Part shown: piece by piece, positions 63,630 through 64,000 of the stretch
How the letters are laid out: every line of letters begins with the position of its first letter
Position numbering within the stretch: the first letter of the stretch is position 1
Origin: Somniosus microcephalus
Lineage: Eukaryota
Assembly (NCBI GenBank): GCA_052327205.1
Contig: CM126222.1
Location: 47,492,001-47,556,000, forward strand
Length of the DNA: 64,000 nt
Direction of reading: 5' to 3'
The notes under the pieces: model-generated
The model's input: only the letters and a program-made list of their open reading frames with translations
Database searches by the model: none
Told to the model about the DNA's origin: nothing
Program-made: the position numbers and the translations under genes

Positions 63630-63645
63630 AGCACCCTCTGGTGGT
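63630..63645 (-). promoter_or_regulatory. candidate CTCF site
   Basis: Reverse complement ACCACCAGAGGGTGCT is close to the CTCF core CCACCAGRGGGCGC. Confidence 0.45.
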
Positions 63646-64000
63646 GGTTATTGTTATCTGCACACAAATGTTCATTGGTCCAGAACAGTCCTGCTTTCTC
63701 TTTTTTCCCCTCCACCCACCCTTGGCTTCAAAATTGCACTTACAGGTGGCACTTTGAGGTACACCATCTGATTCTAGCAACTGCAACAAAAGTTGCTTCT
63801 GGTAGGGATTGTTCCTTTTTTGAATTGTGCAACAATGTGCTTTGTTTTGACTTCTATAAATGTAATACTCATTATAGTGGCGTGCATGAAGTATCTAATC
63901 CTGAGGTACTGAAGGTATTAATACACACCAAAATCACTGGTTTAATGTATATGTAATATGCAAGTTGATGGGAGGTAAGCTATCTGTACTTAAAAAATTT

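Overview
Eukaryotic, vertebrate genomic DNA; the repeat content (Deu-domain SINEs, CR1/L2 LINEs, Penelope-like elements) is typical of a cartilaginous fish, probably a shark (inference). The window holds coding exons 2-6 of JMJD6 (+ strand, 3595-19089; exon 1 lies upstream of the window). The first coding exon of a probable MXRA7 follows (+, 31058-31468), and its first intron appears to run past the window end. Introns and intergenic DNA are rich in transposable elements: L2, CR1 and RTE LINE fragments, DeuSINEs, TA-TSD and 3-bp-TSD MITEs, two Penelope-like insertions with inverted-repeat architecture and 11-bp TSDs, and one full-length but frameshifted Gypsy (Mag/SURL-like) LTR retrotransposon (37751-41969). 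Most notable: (1) the LTR element has no tRNA primer-binding site; instead a 13-nt sequence 1 nt from the LTR end is perfectly complementary to the LTR's own polyA-signal region, suggesting self-priming and/or polyA-signal occlusion. (2) A ~310-bp-arm fold-back Penelope-derived insertion carries a minimal hammerhead-ribozyme core on the host-gene sense strand. (3) A candidate in-frame alternative terminal exon lies in JMJD6 intron 5. (4) Compact motif clusters (CRE+CLEAR; E-box+MEF2) lie in the MXRA7 intron. All calls were made by eye without database searches. Most short ORFs in the supplied track are spurious.
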